Part shown: positions 1 through 19,129 of the stretch, in pieces
Layout: every line of letters starts with the position of its first letter
Position numbering within the stretch: position 1 is the first letter of the stretch
From: the human T2T-CHM13v2.0 reference genome, Homo sapiens
Direction: 5' to 3' (one strand)
Assembly: GCF_009914755.1 (NCBI RefSeq)
Contig: NC_060947.1
Length of the DNA: 64,000 bases
Notes under the pieces: model-generated
What the model was told of the DNA's origin: nothing
What the model saw: only the letters and a program-made list of their open reading frames with translations
Databases searched by the model: none
Made by a program: the position numbers and the translations under genes

Positions 1-68
1 TCAGGTGATACACCAGCCTCAGCCTCCTAAAGTGCTGGGATTACAGGCATGAGCCACTGTGCCCAGCC
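1..68 (-). mobile_element. Alu 5' end (partial, window edge)
   Basis: 'aaagtgctgggattacaggcatgagccactgtgcccagcc' is the reverse complement of the Alu 5' end. Confidence 0.95.
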
Positions 69-268
69 CTACCCCTTCAATATTCTTCTTCGGATGAATG
101 TTGGACAACAGGAATCACTTGAGTAGAAAAAGAGCTTGGTTTGGCATTGGGAATGAAGAAGGGCTTCCTTTGAAAGACACCATTTCTACTAGGAGCTTCT
201 ACAAAGACTGAACAGAATATACTATTAACCATTCTTAGGGTCTCATTTTCACTATAGGATTACAATAG

Positions 269-573
<305 letters not shown>

Positions 574-881
574 TACAATAGTTTTTTTTGTTTTTTTTTT
601 TTTAAGTGATGACTCTCTGAGGCCACCTATTCCATCTTAATTGGGGGACCTAGCTAAGTCAAAAGTAAGAAAAGAAAAGTTGTATTTTCAATCCAGTAAA
701 TAGAGATAAGTGCTACAACGTTTCTTACTGCAGTTGGGTTTTAACAGATAGAAATTAAAGCGCATTCTATATGCAAGTTCTAGTTTTGCCTTACCTTTTT
801 GATTTTTGGTGAATTCTGTTCTGTGACTTTTGTCTTAAGTCAAACACATTGGGAAGTGGATGAAGAAGTTATTTCCTGAGA

Positions 882-975
882 CAGTTATTCTCAAAGTGTG
901 GTCCTGGGAGTAGGTGGAGCTGCATCACTTGGGAACTTGTTAGAAATGCAAATTCTTAGGCTGGAGCCTGAGAAT
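882..975 (+). mobile_element. MER5A hAT-Charlie MITE, truncated
   Basis: 'cagttattctcaaagtgtggtcc...catcacttgggaacttgttagaaatgcaaattct'; stops at the duplication breakpoint. Confidence 0.8.
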
Positions 976-1003
976 TGTACAGGTATCAAAAGAAATGGTC
1001 AAA

Positions 1004-1159
<156 letters not shown>

Positions 1160-1774
1160 TAAGAGCTGAAAAATTAATGGATTGGATTTTTTTGTTGTTG
1201 TTTGTGTAAAAATATCATGCACCTATTATAATTGGATCATTTGCACAGCACACATCTTGTTCTAAAGACAGAACATAAGAATGAATCAGCCAGGCTGGGT
1301 TTTTAATTTCCCCAATACAGACCTGGACTTTGGACAAGTTTTCATTTTATAAAATGTTGGACTTTAATGTGTCTTCTGTGAGACTGCTCACAAATCACTT
1401 CCTACAGTGAGGGCTAATTTCCTAAAGGGGTAAAAAAGCCTAATCTGTGGAGGCAAACTGAGCTAGCTCTTTCTGGATTCTTTAGAAATGAAACATTTTG
1501 ACAGTGGTTTTACTTTTTTCTTAAACAAAATAGGACAGATGTATCTTGCAAAGTAAATAGATGAAGCAGCCCTGAATCAGGAATAGATGACAATCTCTTT
1601 AACAGTGGGCTTTCTATAGTTAGGACTATCATTATTCTCTCATACCTCTTCTGGGGCTCTGATAGCACTTTTGTTTCCCTTTTATTCCCTATTCCTAAGA
1701 AAAAGTTTCTTCTCAGTCCTTTAGATCTCATGGTAGATATGAATTTTCTCATTCACTAATTTGTTCCTTTGTCA

Positions 1775-1965
1775 TTTTGTTTACTGAGTATTTGTTTTCT
1801 GCCAGGCACTTGTAAAAAGTCTTAGGAGTCAGAATTGAGTGTGGCATGGTCACTGCCCTCAAGGAATTCACAGCCTTGTGGGGGCAGACAGACAAGCAAA
1901 CAGATAAATTATAAAGCAACATAGTTAAGTGCTATTACTGAGATATGAGACAAATGCTGTGGGAG
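1775..1965 (-). mobile_element. L2 3' fragment
   Basis: 'gccaggcact...cactgccctcaaggaattcacagccttgtgggggcagacagac' resembles the L2 3' end. Confidence 0.6.
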
Positions 1966-2879
1966 TCCAATTCTCTCTCTCAAGAGTATCTGATTTATCA
2001 TCTTTATCTCTAATTCTGAAAGAGAATGCAAAGTCCTCATTAAATGATTTTAAGCCTCAGAGAACAGGCTGGAGCGATATTTTTGGCAAAGGGCGCCTTC
2101 CCATTGTCACTGAAATAACACTAACAGGCTGCCTACCCCATCTTTGTGTAAGGCCAGTCTTGCTAATAATAGTATATCTTCCAACAAATTAACAATACAG
2201 CATCTGGCTCAGAAGGAAGTGCTCCCATCAGTTAGCTGAAAGAAAGACATGTAACATGTCTGGTGGGAGTGGTCTGAAGCAGTTCTGGAGGGGAAGATAG
2301 CTTGACAAAGAGGGTGACCTATTTTCTGAGACTGCCTCTAAAGCAATCATCTCGCCTGGTGTGGCAAGTTTAATTGAAACTAAGCAACTAAAACAATAGA
2401 AAGCAAAACAGTTACTATAAGCACTCAGACCTAAGAAGCTATTGGGTCTTCTACCAGTCCCAATGAGTCCATTCAGAAATAGCATTTTTCATTTTGCAAA
2501 GGGGAGATAGATTTGAACAAGAGCAAAGCCTAACTGAAGCTCTAACTGTTCAACAGTGGGGAAAGGCCCCTGAGATTAGGCCCCCTGCCTCTAGGTCTGG
2601 GAGGTTTCACACATGACTTGCTTAGCAATGGAAAAACTTTAGCAATGTTGTCTTCAAAAAAGTATCAATAGGGAAAATGTATTGGGGAATCTATACATAA
2701 TGGTTGCTGAATTTGTCATGGAATTGTAGAATGTTTTACATACTGTTTCATTTTGTCCTTCTGAATGCTGAAATTAGTGATGACATTGTTTGCTTGTGAA
2801 TGTTGATATCATGTGTGGATACAGCCTTTGCAAAACCATCACTCTCTGAAAGAAGAGTGTGAAAATATGGTAGTATATT

Positions 2880-3228
2880 TGATATGGTTTGAATGTGGCC
2901 CCAAAAAGTTTATGTGTTGGAAAATTAATTCCTTTGCCCCCATGAGAGGACTAATGAGGTCTCTGCTTCATGAATGGATTAATGTTGCCATCACAGGAGT
3001 GGATTGTTCTTTTGTGAGTGGCTTTGTTATAAAAGTGCGTTCTCTCTGGCTCTCTTGCTCTTACCCTCTTGCCATATGTTGCCCTCTGCCATGTATAACC
3101 CAGCAAAGAGGCTTTCATCAGATACCAGCACCATGCTCTTCCAGACTCCATAACTGTGAACTAAATAAACGTATCTTCTTTATGAATAACTTAATCCGTA
3201 GTATTCTTGTTACAGAGACAGAAAACAG
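2880..3228 (+). mobile_element. MaLR solo LTR (MSTC/MSTD-like)
   Basis: Starts 'tgatatggtttgaatgtggccccaaaaagtttatgtgttggaaa'; ends with the 'aactgtgaactaaataaac...ttgttacagagacagaaaac' motif. Confidence 0.75.
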
Positions 3229-5501
3229 TGCTCTATAGATTTGAACATCATTTATCTTAAGGTCTATTTATAAGTGTGATGAAAAATTCAGGACTTCCGA
3301 TTTCTAGTCCAGCATGTAAGGAGCTTCACGCTTCCACTTCATCCTAACAAAAAGTAAAAGGTGAACAAACCGAAAAATCAGCAACTCTTCTTAGATCTAT
3401 CAGAGAAGTGAGGTCACAAGGCAAAGTGCTGCTTCCAAAATTGTAGAGACAGATGGGAGAATATAGAGAATCACAAGTTACCAGAGCAGAAATCCATAAA
3501 ATAACCAGAAGTACCAGTCATGAGGTTGGGGGATTAGGGTTAGGGTTACACTTTGTGAGTTTTACCTCCAGGAATACAATTGCATTCTCACAGTGAAGAT
3601 GAAAGAGAAATCCCTTTGTGCTTCCACAGGGAAAGGGAAAAAGGTAATCATTTTGAGATAACACCAGAGCATTCTATTCTTGTTAACAAGGCCTGTCTTC
3701 AAGAGAAATTATTTTACCAGACCCTAAAGTATTGGGTTTTTTTCAGAACCTGACTGACCTGGGGTAAGGAAGTACTCAATTCCTGCCCCGTCTAGCCTTT
3801 CACATAGAAGAAGAGAAATACACAACTCCAGCCCAGTCTAGCCATTGTGTCCCATCTAAGGCATGAAAAAAATTGAAACGCATTTTTGACGTTCACAGTC
3901 CAGAGGTACAAGCTCATTAAATGCCTGAGACCATATTATAGGAGCATAGAATGTTTCTTCTCTTTTCCTGCTGCACTTTACCACCACATCACTAAAGGCC
4001 TAATTACAGAAGTTCCTTTTAGCATGTACATCATATCTACCCTTCAACAAAAAATCACAAGGCACATGTAAAGGCAAAAAACACAGTTTGAAGAGACAGA
4101 GCAAGCATCTGAATCAGACTCAGATATGGCAAGTATTTTGGAATTCTTAGACCATGAATTTAAAACATATCCATATTAATGGATAAAGTGGAAAACATGC
4201 AATAACAGATAGGCAATGTAAGCAGAGAGATGGAAATTCTAAGAAAGAACAGAAAAAAAGTGCTAGAAATAAAACAACACTGTAAAAAAAGAAATGGAAA
4301 TTGTCTTCGATGGGCTTACTAGTAGAATGAACACATCTGAGGAAAGAATTGCTAAGCTTAGGAATATTATAAAAGAAACTTCCAAACTGAAAAACACAGA
4401 TTAAAAAGACTAAAAAAAAAAAAAAGCATAGAATATTCTAGAACTGTGGAAAAACTACAAAAGGTGTAACATACACATAATGAGAATACCAGAAAGGGAA
4501 GAAAGAGAAAAGAATAGAGGAAATATTTGAATCAATAATGACTGAGCACATCTCCAGATTAACCACAAATCCAGTAATCTCAGACAACAGCAAGCAGGAT
4601 AAATTCTCAAAATAGTACACTTAGGTATAGTATATTTTAATTGCAGAAAATTAAAGATAAAGAAAAAATTATAAAAGATGCTAGAGTAGAAAAAATACCT
4701 TACCTATAGAGGAACAAAGATAAGAATTATATCTGACTTCTCAGAAACCTTGCATGCAAGCAGGAAGAGATTAGAGTTAAATACTGAAAGTATTGAGAGA
4801 AAAAAGTCTTTGTCAGACAAACAAAAATGGAGGGAGATTGGTGCCAGTAGATTTGCCTTGTAAGAAATGTTAAAAGAAATTATTTAGAGCAAAGAAAAAT
4901 TACATAGGTCAGACACTTGGATCTACATAAAGAAAGGAAGAGTATTGGAGAAGGAATAAATGAAGGTAAAATAAGGTATTTTTCTTATTCCTAACTGGTC
5001 CAGATGATAGTTTGTTCAAAATAGTAATAGCAACAATATGTTCAATTATGTATGTATTTGCCTATGTATAAGTGATATGAATGACAGCAATGACAAGGGA
5101 CAGGAGACAGGAATTAGGATTATTTTGTTATTATAAGGTATTTAAACTACCCATGAAACTATATAGTATTATTTCAAAGCTGGCTTGTATTAGTGGTAAA
5201 TTTATATTACAAACACCACAGGAAAGTAGAAACAAACACCACACTAAAAATTAGAAAAAAGTATTAATAGAAGGATAACTGATATGCTAAGAAAAGAGAC
5301 AATGGCATTTTAAAACGCTCAAAGCCACAAAAGGCAGAAAAAAGGTGGAAGACAAAGATAGGAAAAAAGAACAAAGACAGCAAATAGAAAACAGCAACAA
5401 ATGTGGTAGATATTAATCCAACTATATCAATAATCATAAGACAAGCCACAGAGTGGGAGAAATTACTTGTAAAAGACATGTCACATAAAGAACTGTTATC
5501 C

Positions 5502-5806
<305 letters not shown>

Positions 5807-5874
5807 TCAAAATATATAAAGAACTCTTAGAACAGTAAGGAAAAAAAAAAAAACCTGATTAAAAATTGGCCAAA

Positions 5875-6166
5875 GGCCGGGTGCTGGGGCTCACGCATGT
5901 AATCCCAGCACTTTGGGAGGCCGAGACAGGTAGATCACTCAAGGCCATGAGTTCAAGACCAGCCTGGCCAACATGGCAAAACCCAGTCTCTACTAAAAAT
6001 ACAAAAATTAGCCAGGTGTGTTGGCATATCCCTGTAATCCCAGCTACTGGGGAGTCTGAGGTGGGAGAGTCGCTTGAACCTGGGGATGTGGAGGTTGCAG
6101 TGAGCTGAGATTGCATCACTGCACTCCGGCATGGGTGACAGAGCAAGACTCTGTCTCAAAAAAAAA
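5875..6166 (+). mobile_element. AluS, full length
   Basis: Dimeric Alu; TSD 'aaaaattggccaaa' at 5861-5874 and 6167-6180. Confidence 0.95.
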
Positions 6167-7324
6167 AAAAATTGGCCAAAGACCTTAACTGACATCTTAC
6201 CAAAGATATACAGATTGCAAATAAGAATCTGACATATATCATTAGAGAATTACAAATGAAAACCATAATGAGCTATCACTATACAGCTACTAGAATTCCA
6301 AAATCGAGAATACTGACAACAGCAAATGCTGGTGAGGATAATAAAGCAACAGCAATTCTCATTCATTGCTGTGGGAATGCAAAATGGTGCAGCATTTTTG
6401 GAAGACATCCTCTGACCATATAATCCAGCAATTATGCTTCTTAGGGTTTACCTAAAGGAGCTGAAAACTTATGTCCACACAAAAGCTTGCACACGAATGT
6501 TTGTAGAGCCTTTATTCAGAATTGCCAAAAGTTGGAAGGAACCAGACCTAGACGCTGAATGGATTAAATAAATAGGTCCCTAAGAGAGCCATTATGAATT
6601 CACAGAGAATCACAGTGCTATGATTCCACTTGGTATGTATTTAGAAGAATTCCTGAGATGTAGATAATCGTGGAAGTTAATAGTATGTTTCAATATAGAA
6701 ACTTTGGAAAAAGAGTAGTGCTATTGTTAATTTTTGTGGTTGTACTTAAAAAATATCTGAATTGATCTAATCAGCCAAATTGTGTTGTGATATAAATATA
6801 TGGTTAATAAACTCAAAAACCGTCTGTTCAGCTTTATGACAGGCACAGTGGGGAATCCAGAGAAGTAGGAATCATGGTTCTTGTCCTCAGAGAGCTTCCA
6901 ATCTAGTTGTGGAACTAAGACTCATAATATAGCTGGAGAACAATGTAAGACAGCATACTATCGAGTGTTAGGTTGTGTGGTGCGACAGTTGATGCCAAGA
7001 CCTTCCTGCTCCCTCTTCTATGACAGCTATAAGTATTATTTTTAAAACTTTTGCTGTTAAGCTGACGACACTATCCAATCAGATCTTGTTTAGGCTCAGA
7101 ATAACTTTTTTAAAAAGTAAAATAAAAAGTGCCACCATGCCCGGCCAGACCTAGAATAATTTAAAAAAAAATTGAGACAATAGGGAAATTTGAATACATA
7201 TTAGATGATATTAATAACGTAATTTTTATTTTGTTAGGTATGGTAACAGTATTATGCTTTGTTTTAAAAGTCCTTATCTGTTAGAGAAATTTACTGAAAT
7301 ATTTCCAGTTGAAATAATGTTATG

Positions 7325-7605
7325 TGCCTGGCACCGTAGCTCACACCTGTAATCCCAGCACTTTGGGAGGCCGAGGCAGGCAAATCACTTGAGTCCAGGA
7401 GTTTGAGACCAGCTTGGCCAAAATGGCGAAACCCTATCTCTACTAAAAAATACAAAAATTAGCTGGGTATGGTGGCGTGCACCTGTAATCTCAGCTACTC
7501 AGGAGGCTGAGGCACGAGAATTGCTTGAACCTGGGAGGCAGACGTTGCAGAGAGCCGAGATCATGCCACTGCACTCAGCCTGGGTGACAGAGCAAGACTG
7601 TCTAG
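7325..7605 (+). mobile_element. Alu (S-type) with GA-rich tail, inside an old L1M 3' relic (about 7170-7860)
   Basis: Dimeric Alu motifs; flanks such as 'ccttatctgttagagaaatttactgaaatatt' resemble an L1MC/ME 3'UTR. Confidence 0.9.
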
Positions 7606-8653
7606 AAAGAAAGAGAGAAAGAGAGGAGAGGGAGAGAGGGAGAGAGGAAGGAAGGTAGGTAACATTACATGTGGAATTTTATTTAAGATGTCCTGCCCCC
7701 TCAAAAAATAGAAAAAACCGTTACTGAGGATAGAAAATATATGAAGTAAGATTGGCAAAATATTTATAATTGTTGAAGCCCAGTTATGAGAACATGAGGA
7801 TTTATATTATTTTCTCTAGTTCTATGAATGTTTGAAAATTTTCACAGCATTTCTTAAAAATATCCATTTTAGGTGCTAACTGAAGAAACATCTATCTGAG
7901 TGCACAAACACAAAGTTTGGATCACGTTTACTACTAGCAATTTAGCTATTGGTCAGTCAATTAGAGTTTTTGAATCTACTGTGTACAGATCTCTGTACTG
8001 AGTACTACAGACACATATCAGGAAAAACTAAGTTTTCCCTCAAGAAGATTTTTATCCAGAGAGGATGACAGAATGCGAACTCATTTATTCACTCAACAAA
8101 CATTTATTCTCTATTGGGCACTGTAAGGAGTTACAGAGGAAGATTTTTAGAAAGCACCACATAGACAAACTGAATGGGGTGAAGCAGAAGTCAAATCCAG
8201 TGAAGCTGATCATCACAAGCTTCCTAGAGTTAGCTGGAATGTTTGAAGTCATCCAGCGAGCCAAATAGACTTTACCTGGTAGCTGTTACCTGTAGAGTCT
8301 AGTGATAGAAACTGCAGGAGGTGCAAAAGTGTGCGCTGGAGGCCTTATTTTCAAGGTGGTTATCCCCATGAGAATAGTAAGGGACCAACTGTGTAATAAT
8401 GACAAACAGTGTAGTGGGAATTAGGGAAGGGAAAACTTGGTGTGGATGGAAGTAATTGAGGAAGAGTTAACAGAGATGGAGACAGAGTTGGGCCTTAAAG
8501 GATATATATAGTAGTTGCTGATTCATGGAATACAAACAAAACAAAACAAACAAACAAACAAAAAAACCAACAAAAAGACAAAGATATGGTAGAAACTAAA
8601 TAGAGATGAGAAGGATGTTTTCTCTAGATAAATGATATGGAGGGAGAAAATAA

Positions 8654-9034
<381 letters not shown>

Positions 9035-9269
9035 TGAACCTTGTATCTTTCTTTTTATTCAAAACCAAACTTCTTGAAAGAATAGTCTACACCAGTCATT
9101 CAGGAAACAATTTCAAGCACCAACTCCATGAGATACTTTTTAATCCTATTTTATTTGTTTATCCTTAATCCATAGTTCACGGATCATTGAAATCCTCTTC
9201 TTCCTTGCTTTCCATATTGCTATTACAATTATCCCACCTCTCTGGCCATTCCTAGCCCTTCCATTCTTT

Positions 9270-10310
9270 AATAAACTCTTTATTATTTTATAGTAGTTTT
9301 AGATTTAGAGAAAAATTGTAAATTTAGTACGAGTTCCTATATGCCCCACATCCAGTTTTCCCTATTATTAAGATCTTACAACAGTATGGTACATTTGTTA
9401 CAATTAATGAAACCATATTGGTCCATTATAACAAACTAAAGCCCATATTTTATTAAGATTTTCTTAGTTTTTTACCTAATGTCTTTATCCTGTTCCAGAA
9501 CCCATCTAGGATACTATATTACAATTGGCTGTCATGTATCCTTAGATTTTTCTTGGCTGTGACAGGTTCTCAGACTTTCCTTGTTTTTGATGACCTTGAA
9601 AGTGTTGAGAAGTACTGGTCAGGTATTTTGCAGAATGTCCCTCTATTGATATTTGTCTGATGTTTTCTTCCTAAGTAGACTGGGGTTCTGGGTTTTGAGG
9701 AGGAAGACCACAGAGGTAAATTGTCATTCTTTTCAGTTATATCAAGGGTCCTTAACACCAAATTGATTTATCACAATTGTTGACCTTGATCACCTGGTTA
9801 AAGTAGTGTTTTTTCCCCCACTTTCCATACTGTTCTTTTGGAAGGATGCTACTCTGCAGAGCCCATATCACAAATAAGGAGTGAGTAGTTGTGCTCTGCC
9901 TTTCCTTTTGGGTGGAATACCTAAAGTATTTGCAATTCTTTTTCACTGGAGATTTGGTTCTTCTTCCTCATTTATTTATTCAATCATTCATTTATATCAG
10001 TATAGACTCATGGATGTCTATTTAATTCTTGGATGACCATCCAATGCAATGTATTTGTTTTGTCGCTCAAGTTGTTCCAGTTGGCCATTGGGAGCTCTTT
10101 CAGTTGGCTTCCTTGTCCCTTTGACATACTCCATCAACGTGTGTGTGTGTTAGCACTTAATTACTTTCTGACACCACATGATGCACCAAGTTCATTTGTA
10201 CATTCTCTGCACCAGTCCCTAGAAGCAACCACTTCTTTTAAGAATTACTGCGTACTTTTATTAGGAATGGTATTAGAGCTCAAGGTCTAGGCACTGGGTG
10301 TGTTCCTTGG
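9270..10310 (-). mobile_element. L1MC3/4-like 3'UTR fragment
   Basis: 'tggtacatttgttacaattaatgaaacc', 'ctttccttgtttttgatgaccttga', 'gtactggtcaggtattttgcagaatgtcc'. Confidence 0.7.
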
Positions 10311-10352
10311 GTCTTATTTTATTTCTCTTTTTGTTTTTCTCTTTCTTCTAAA

Positions 10353-10568
10353 TCAGTTTCTTACCCTCTGCACTACTGGCATATTGAACTGGAAATTTTT
10401 TTTTGTTGTGGGGGGCTAGACTGTGCATTGTCTGATGTTTAGTAGCATTCCTAGCCTCTACCCACTAGATGCCAGTAGCACTCTTCCAGTTGTGATAGCC
10501 AAAAATGTCTTCAAACATTTCCAAATGTCCCTAGGGAGGCAAGATCACCCCAAGTTCAGAAACACTAC
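10353..10568 (-). mobile_element. MER20 hAT-Charlie MITE
   Basis: 'tttagtagcattcctagcctctacccactagatgccagtagcac...aaaaatgtcttcaaacatttccaaatgtcccta'. Confidence 0.85.
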
Positions 10569-10945
10569 TCTAAATGTACAAGTTTCCCAGGATCTCACAT
10601 CCCTGGTTCTCTCCTTTTCTCATTATTCATATTATCCTTGGGCAAACTTAGCCAACCTTTTTGTCTTAATTATCACCTACAATCTAATGCCTTTCAAATA
10701 TATCTTTATTTCTGATATCTTTCCTTAGGGTGGGCATGCCTATCTCCATTTCTATGTCTATAGTCCTATGGGTACCTCAAATTAAGCATGTTAAAAATGT
10801 ATCCCATTGTTGGCAAAGAATCCCAATCTGACAGAGAATAGGAAGGAATAACAAAACTCCAAAAGAGATTACTAAGCAAGCAGTTTGTCTTGCCACAGTG
10901 CCATATGAGTCAAAAGTAGGCAACTTGAATCAGTTTTATAGAGAA

Positions 10946-11419
10946 GAGGTTAGCAAACTACATCCGCTGGCAAAATCCAGTCCACCAACTGTCTTTGTAT
11001 GTTAAGAACTGTTTTTATAGTTAATTTTAATTTTTTTTTTTTCATTTAGAGACTGGGTCTTGCTATGTTGTCCAGGCTGGTCTTGAACTTCTGGGCTCAA
11101 GCAATCGACCTGCCTCAGCCTCCCAAAGTGCTAGGATTACAGGTGTGAGCCACCACACCCAGCCTATGTTTTTATATTTTAATGTTTAAAAAAGTCAAAA
11201 GAAGGATAATGTTTTATGACACATGAAGATTATATGATAGGCAACTTTCAGTGTCCATAATAAAATGTTAATGTAACACATCCACACTCATTTGTTTACA
11301 TATTGTTTGTGGCTGCTTTCATGCTACAATGACAATAATTGAGTAATTCTTACAGCTGGCTTAGAAAACCTAAAATATTTACTATCTGGCCCACTGCAGG
11401 AACAGTTTTCTGACCCCTG
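10946..11419 (+). mobile_element. MER58B MITE split by an Alu monomer
   Basis: 'gcaaactac...aaatccagtccacc' at the start; 'cctaaaatatttactatctggccc...tgacccctg' at the end. Confidence 0.8.
11030..11165 (-). mobile_element. Alu left monomer (FLAM-like)
   Basis: Single arm 'gagactgggtcttgctatgttg...gagccaccacacccagcc' with a T tail. Confidence 0.85.
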
Positions 11420-11429
11420 AATCAGAACA

Positions 11430-11850
11430 AGACAATACTCAAAGCACGGTAAACGGATTAAGGAGCATTCTATGTGAACGTTATAGTTTGAGCTTACAGT
11501 AAACAGGAAGAGCATTCACATGGTAGTGCTTGTTCCCCATGGTACCACATGGACGTATGGCCCTGGTTGGTAGCTCCACATGGAGTAAGTTGCACTGCAA
11601 CCTGAGGAATCCAGGACTAAAGGCTCAGCACCTTTTGTAGCAAGCAGTAAACAAGCCAGTGCATTCTCCAGGGAGAAAATAGTTGCACAGTAGTTGCATG
11701 GTAGTTATACCTGACCTACTTCATTGTTTATGTGACTAGCTGCAGAAAAGGCTCACAGTCAGAGGATGATTAGGACTTACAGTTTGGCATACTCGGCAGT
11801 GACCTGCAGGGTGGCTTGAGAATATGGCATACTGTCTTCAAATCCCAACA
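11430..11850 (-). mobile_element. Possible old ERVL-type LTR
   Basis: GC-richer block ending 'cccaaca' (TGTTGGG start on the minus strand) next to an L2 piece; family not recognised. Confidence 0.3.
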
Positions 11851-12329
11851 TTTTGCTTCTATTCCTACTCTCCATAATCTTTGCTTCTTTTTCATGTTGG
11901 TTAATCATATCACCAATCCCCTTAGCTATCCATGCTAGGAAACTAGTAGTCATCTTAAATTCTTCCTTTTTCCTGATATCTAATCTATCCCCAAATCTGT
12001 TTGGTTTTATCTCCAAAATCTCTCATATTAATCTCATATTCCTATCTTCATCGCAATCATTTAGTCCAAGCCACCATCATCTCTCCCCTTGATTATTGTA
12101 ATAGTCTCCAGTGTAGGTTCTCATTTTCATCTTTGTGTACACATGGTTCACTCTCTGTATAGCAGTCACACAGATCATATGATATGTAAATTGGATCATG
12201 TAATATTCAACCTAAAAAAAATTTTAAAGGTACATTGTTAGTTATGTTTGTGTTGAAAGAAAGATAGATATATAGCCAGAAACCCAATTCTGTATTCCAA
12301 TTATTTAGTAGGCATTAGCAGTTTTAGTA

Positions 12330-13462
<1,133 letters not shown>

Positions 13463-14229
13463 CAGAAATTCTGGTTGTGGGACCCAGTGGTCTGTATTTT
13501 AACAAGCCTCCTGGTCATTTTTAGTGTGTACTACAGTTTGAGAATGACTGGTCTGAGCTATGCTGGGGACAAGGGCCTGTGTGTTTTCTCCCTGTTTTAC
13601 TTCTGAGGACAACTGTGTTGTGTTGTGTTAGTGAATTGCTAATAGGCATTTTATTGTGGGTAATTGGGAGATAGAGTGGTCTTCAGAAGAGAAAGAGTCT
13701 ATTCTCTCAGTTTCAAAGCCTTGCTCATAAGAAACCTATAAATCATCCCTGCAGGACTGAGTGGGAAGGCAATTATGTGGTACAACCTTGATAGATGCTA
13801 AAATTTGAGAATTACTACTTTAAGACATTAGCCAATAATTCCATTAGCTGCCACAAGGTGGATGATGTTAAATTAGGTTTACTGGTTTGGTACAATTGTG
13901 AAGTTTATCCAGACAGGGCCAACTTAAAACAGAAAAAAAAAAAAGTAGTAAGTTAGATTCCTCTGCTTTTTTTTTTTTTTACAAAAATATTACTATTACC
14001 AAAATTGCTGTGTAGATATGGAAAGATATCAATTACATTGTGAATAAAAGCAAGTTGTAAGAAATCTGTATAGTGTATGTAATCACATTTAAAGAACAAA
14101 CAAATCTTTGTATTTGTGTGTTTGCATATGCATAGAAATATATAGCAAATCATTTTTTTAACCATTCAAGTATAGTCATTTATTATCTTTGTCAGTATTA
14201 TGTACTGTACATAATTGTATGTGGTATAC

Positions 14230-17417
<3,188 letters not shown>

Positions 17418-17431
17418 TTATAAATTGTTTT

Positions 17432-17607
17432 ATCTTCCCCAATTTAAATCTTTTAATTTAAAAGTAAACTTTACTGTTAAAAATGCAAACTTGGGGAGGG
17501 CAAAAAGATCACACACAAGGCTGCCACTTCACTCCTGGAGGGTTGCATGGCGGCCCAGCCAAGGTACTCCACACTTCCCAGACGGTGCAGCGGCTGGGCA
17601 TAGGCGC
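17432..17607 (-). mobile_element. SVA2 element, 5'-truncated (about 1.5 VNTR units plus SVA2 unique 3' end)
   Basis: Minus strand reads 'gcccagccgctgcaccgtctgggaagtg' (SVA VNTR), then 'tgcaaccctccaggagtgaagtggcagccttgtgtgtgatc...ccccaagtttgcattttt...aaagtttacttttaaattaaaag'; imperfect TSD at 17418-17431 and 17608-17621. Confidence 0.8.
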
Positions 17608-18623
17608 TTATAAAATATTTTTAATGGATCATATTTTTTTGAAAAAGTAATATCCACATGGTAATTCAGGTAGTAGAATAGTGTAAGCAATGTCAATATA
17701 GATTATTAAACTTTTAGATTTAAACATGTAGAAATGCTTATTTATTTTACAAGCAATAATAGTTCATATATAGAGTGTGAAATATAATGCTTCCAAATAC
17801 CAAAATATGTTATGGAAATTATATCTTAAATTAGAATGAATAAAGACCTTGTATACTAGAGGAAAAAAAAAACCTGTGTAAACATTTAGCATTCACTATA
17901 TCAAGTAGATATTTACCTAGATATATAATATGTACAAAATACAAAGAAATATTACCACCTACTTAGGTTGGCCTCCTTTTTCATCAAGCTCACCTGTTAT
18001 TAATCACCTTAAATAAAGCTTGGTGTTTCCTCGGGTAAGAAAACGTTTACTGTTCTCAGCTACACTGCTTCCATGCATTGAAAAGATGTCTGGTCTCTAT
18101 TTTCACAGGATCTTGACAAGGGCTGGCAGTTTTCTTCAGTTACTACATTAACTAACAATTCTTAATGGTCAAATCCCTGAGCTCCCCCTCCCTCTCTTTC
18201 CTACAGGTGTCAAAAGCCGTTAACTATCTCTTCTCCCCTTTCTGGGAAAAACTCCCTTTTTTATTATTGCTAATTAGATTTGGAGGACAATAGCATTTCT
18301 TTGCCTACTTTTAATATTTAGAGCAAAAAAGGCTTTTGGGTTGTCTCCCAAAATAAACATTTTCTTCCTAAATGCCTGGCCTCTAATCGGAGAAAAGCTC
18401 TGTGTGGAAACAAAGTTACCAACTTACTCAATCGATTTCCCTTTTTCTAGATGAATAGCTTATATCCGTAGAGAAAGGATTCATTACCATAATGCTTTAG
18501 GTTGAATATTGTACAACCTGCTACAGACCTCTATGAGCCCTACTTTTAATGCCAACTGCTTTTAAAACATGTTTTGACCTTTACCCTCAAAATATTTTAA
18601 AAGACATTTAAATATGACAGGCT

Positions 18624-18964
<341 letters not shown>

Positions 18965-19129
18965 TAAAGAGTAATGCAGTCCTTTCTTCTGCAGCATGTG
19001 TGTTAAATTTGGAAAAATATAGAGAAGATTGGAAGAGCAAGGATGATATGTCAATTCATAAAGAATATCATATATTCTTTTTTCCTTGTTGGGATAGAAA
19101 ATGTCTATCCGAAATCCATCAGCTAGCAT

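Noticed and set aside
2245-2261. Palindrome 'agacatgtaacatgtct' as a p53 site
   Set aside because: CATG cores are 3 nt apart rather than 6, so the spacing is not canonical
7129-7147. Isolated ~19-bp Alu-like string 'gtgccaccatgcccggcca' (also a Kozak-like ATG)
   Set aside because: Too short to interpret; the reading frame closes after a few codons
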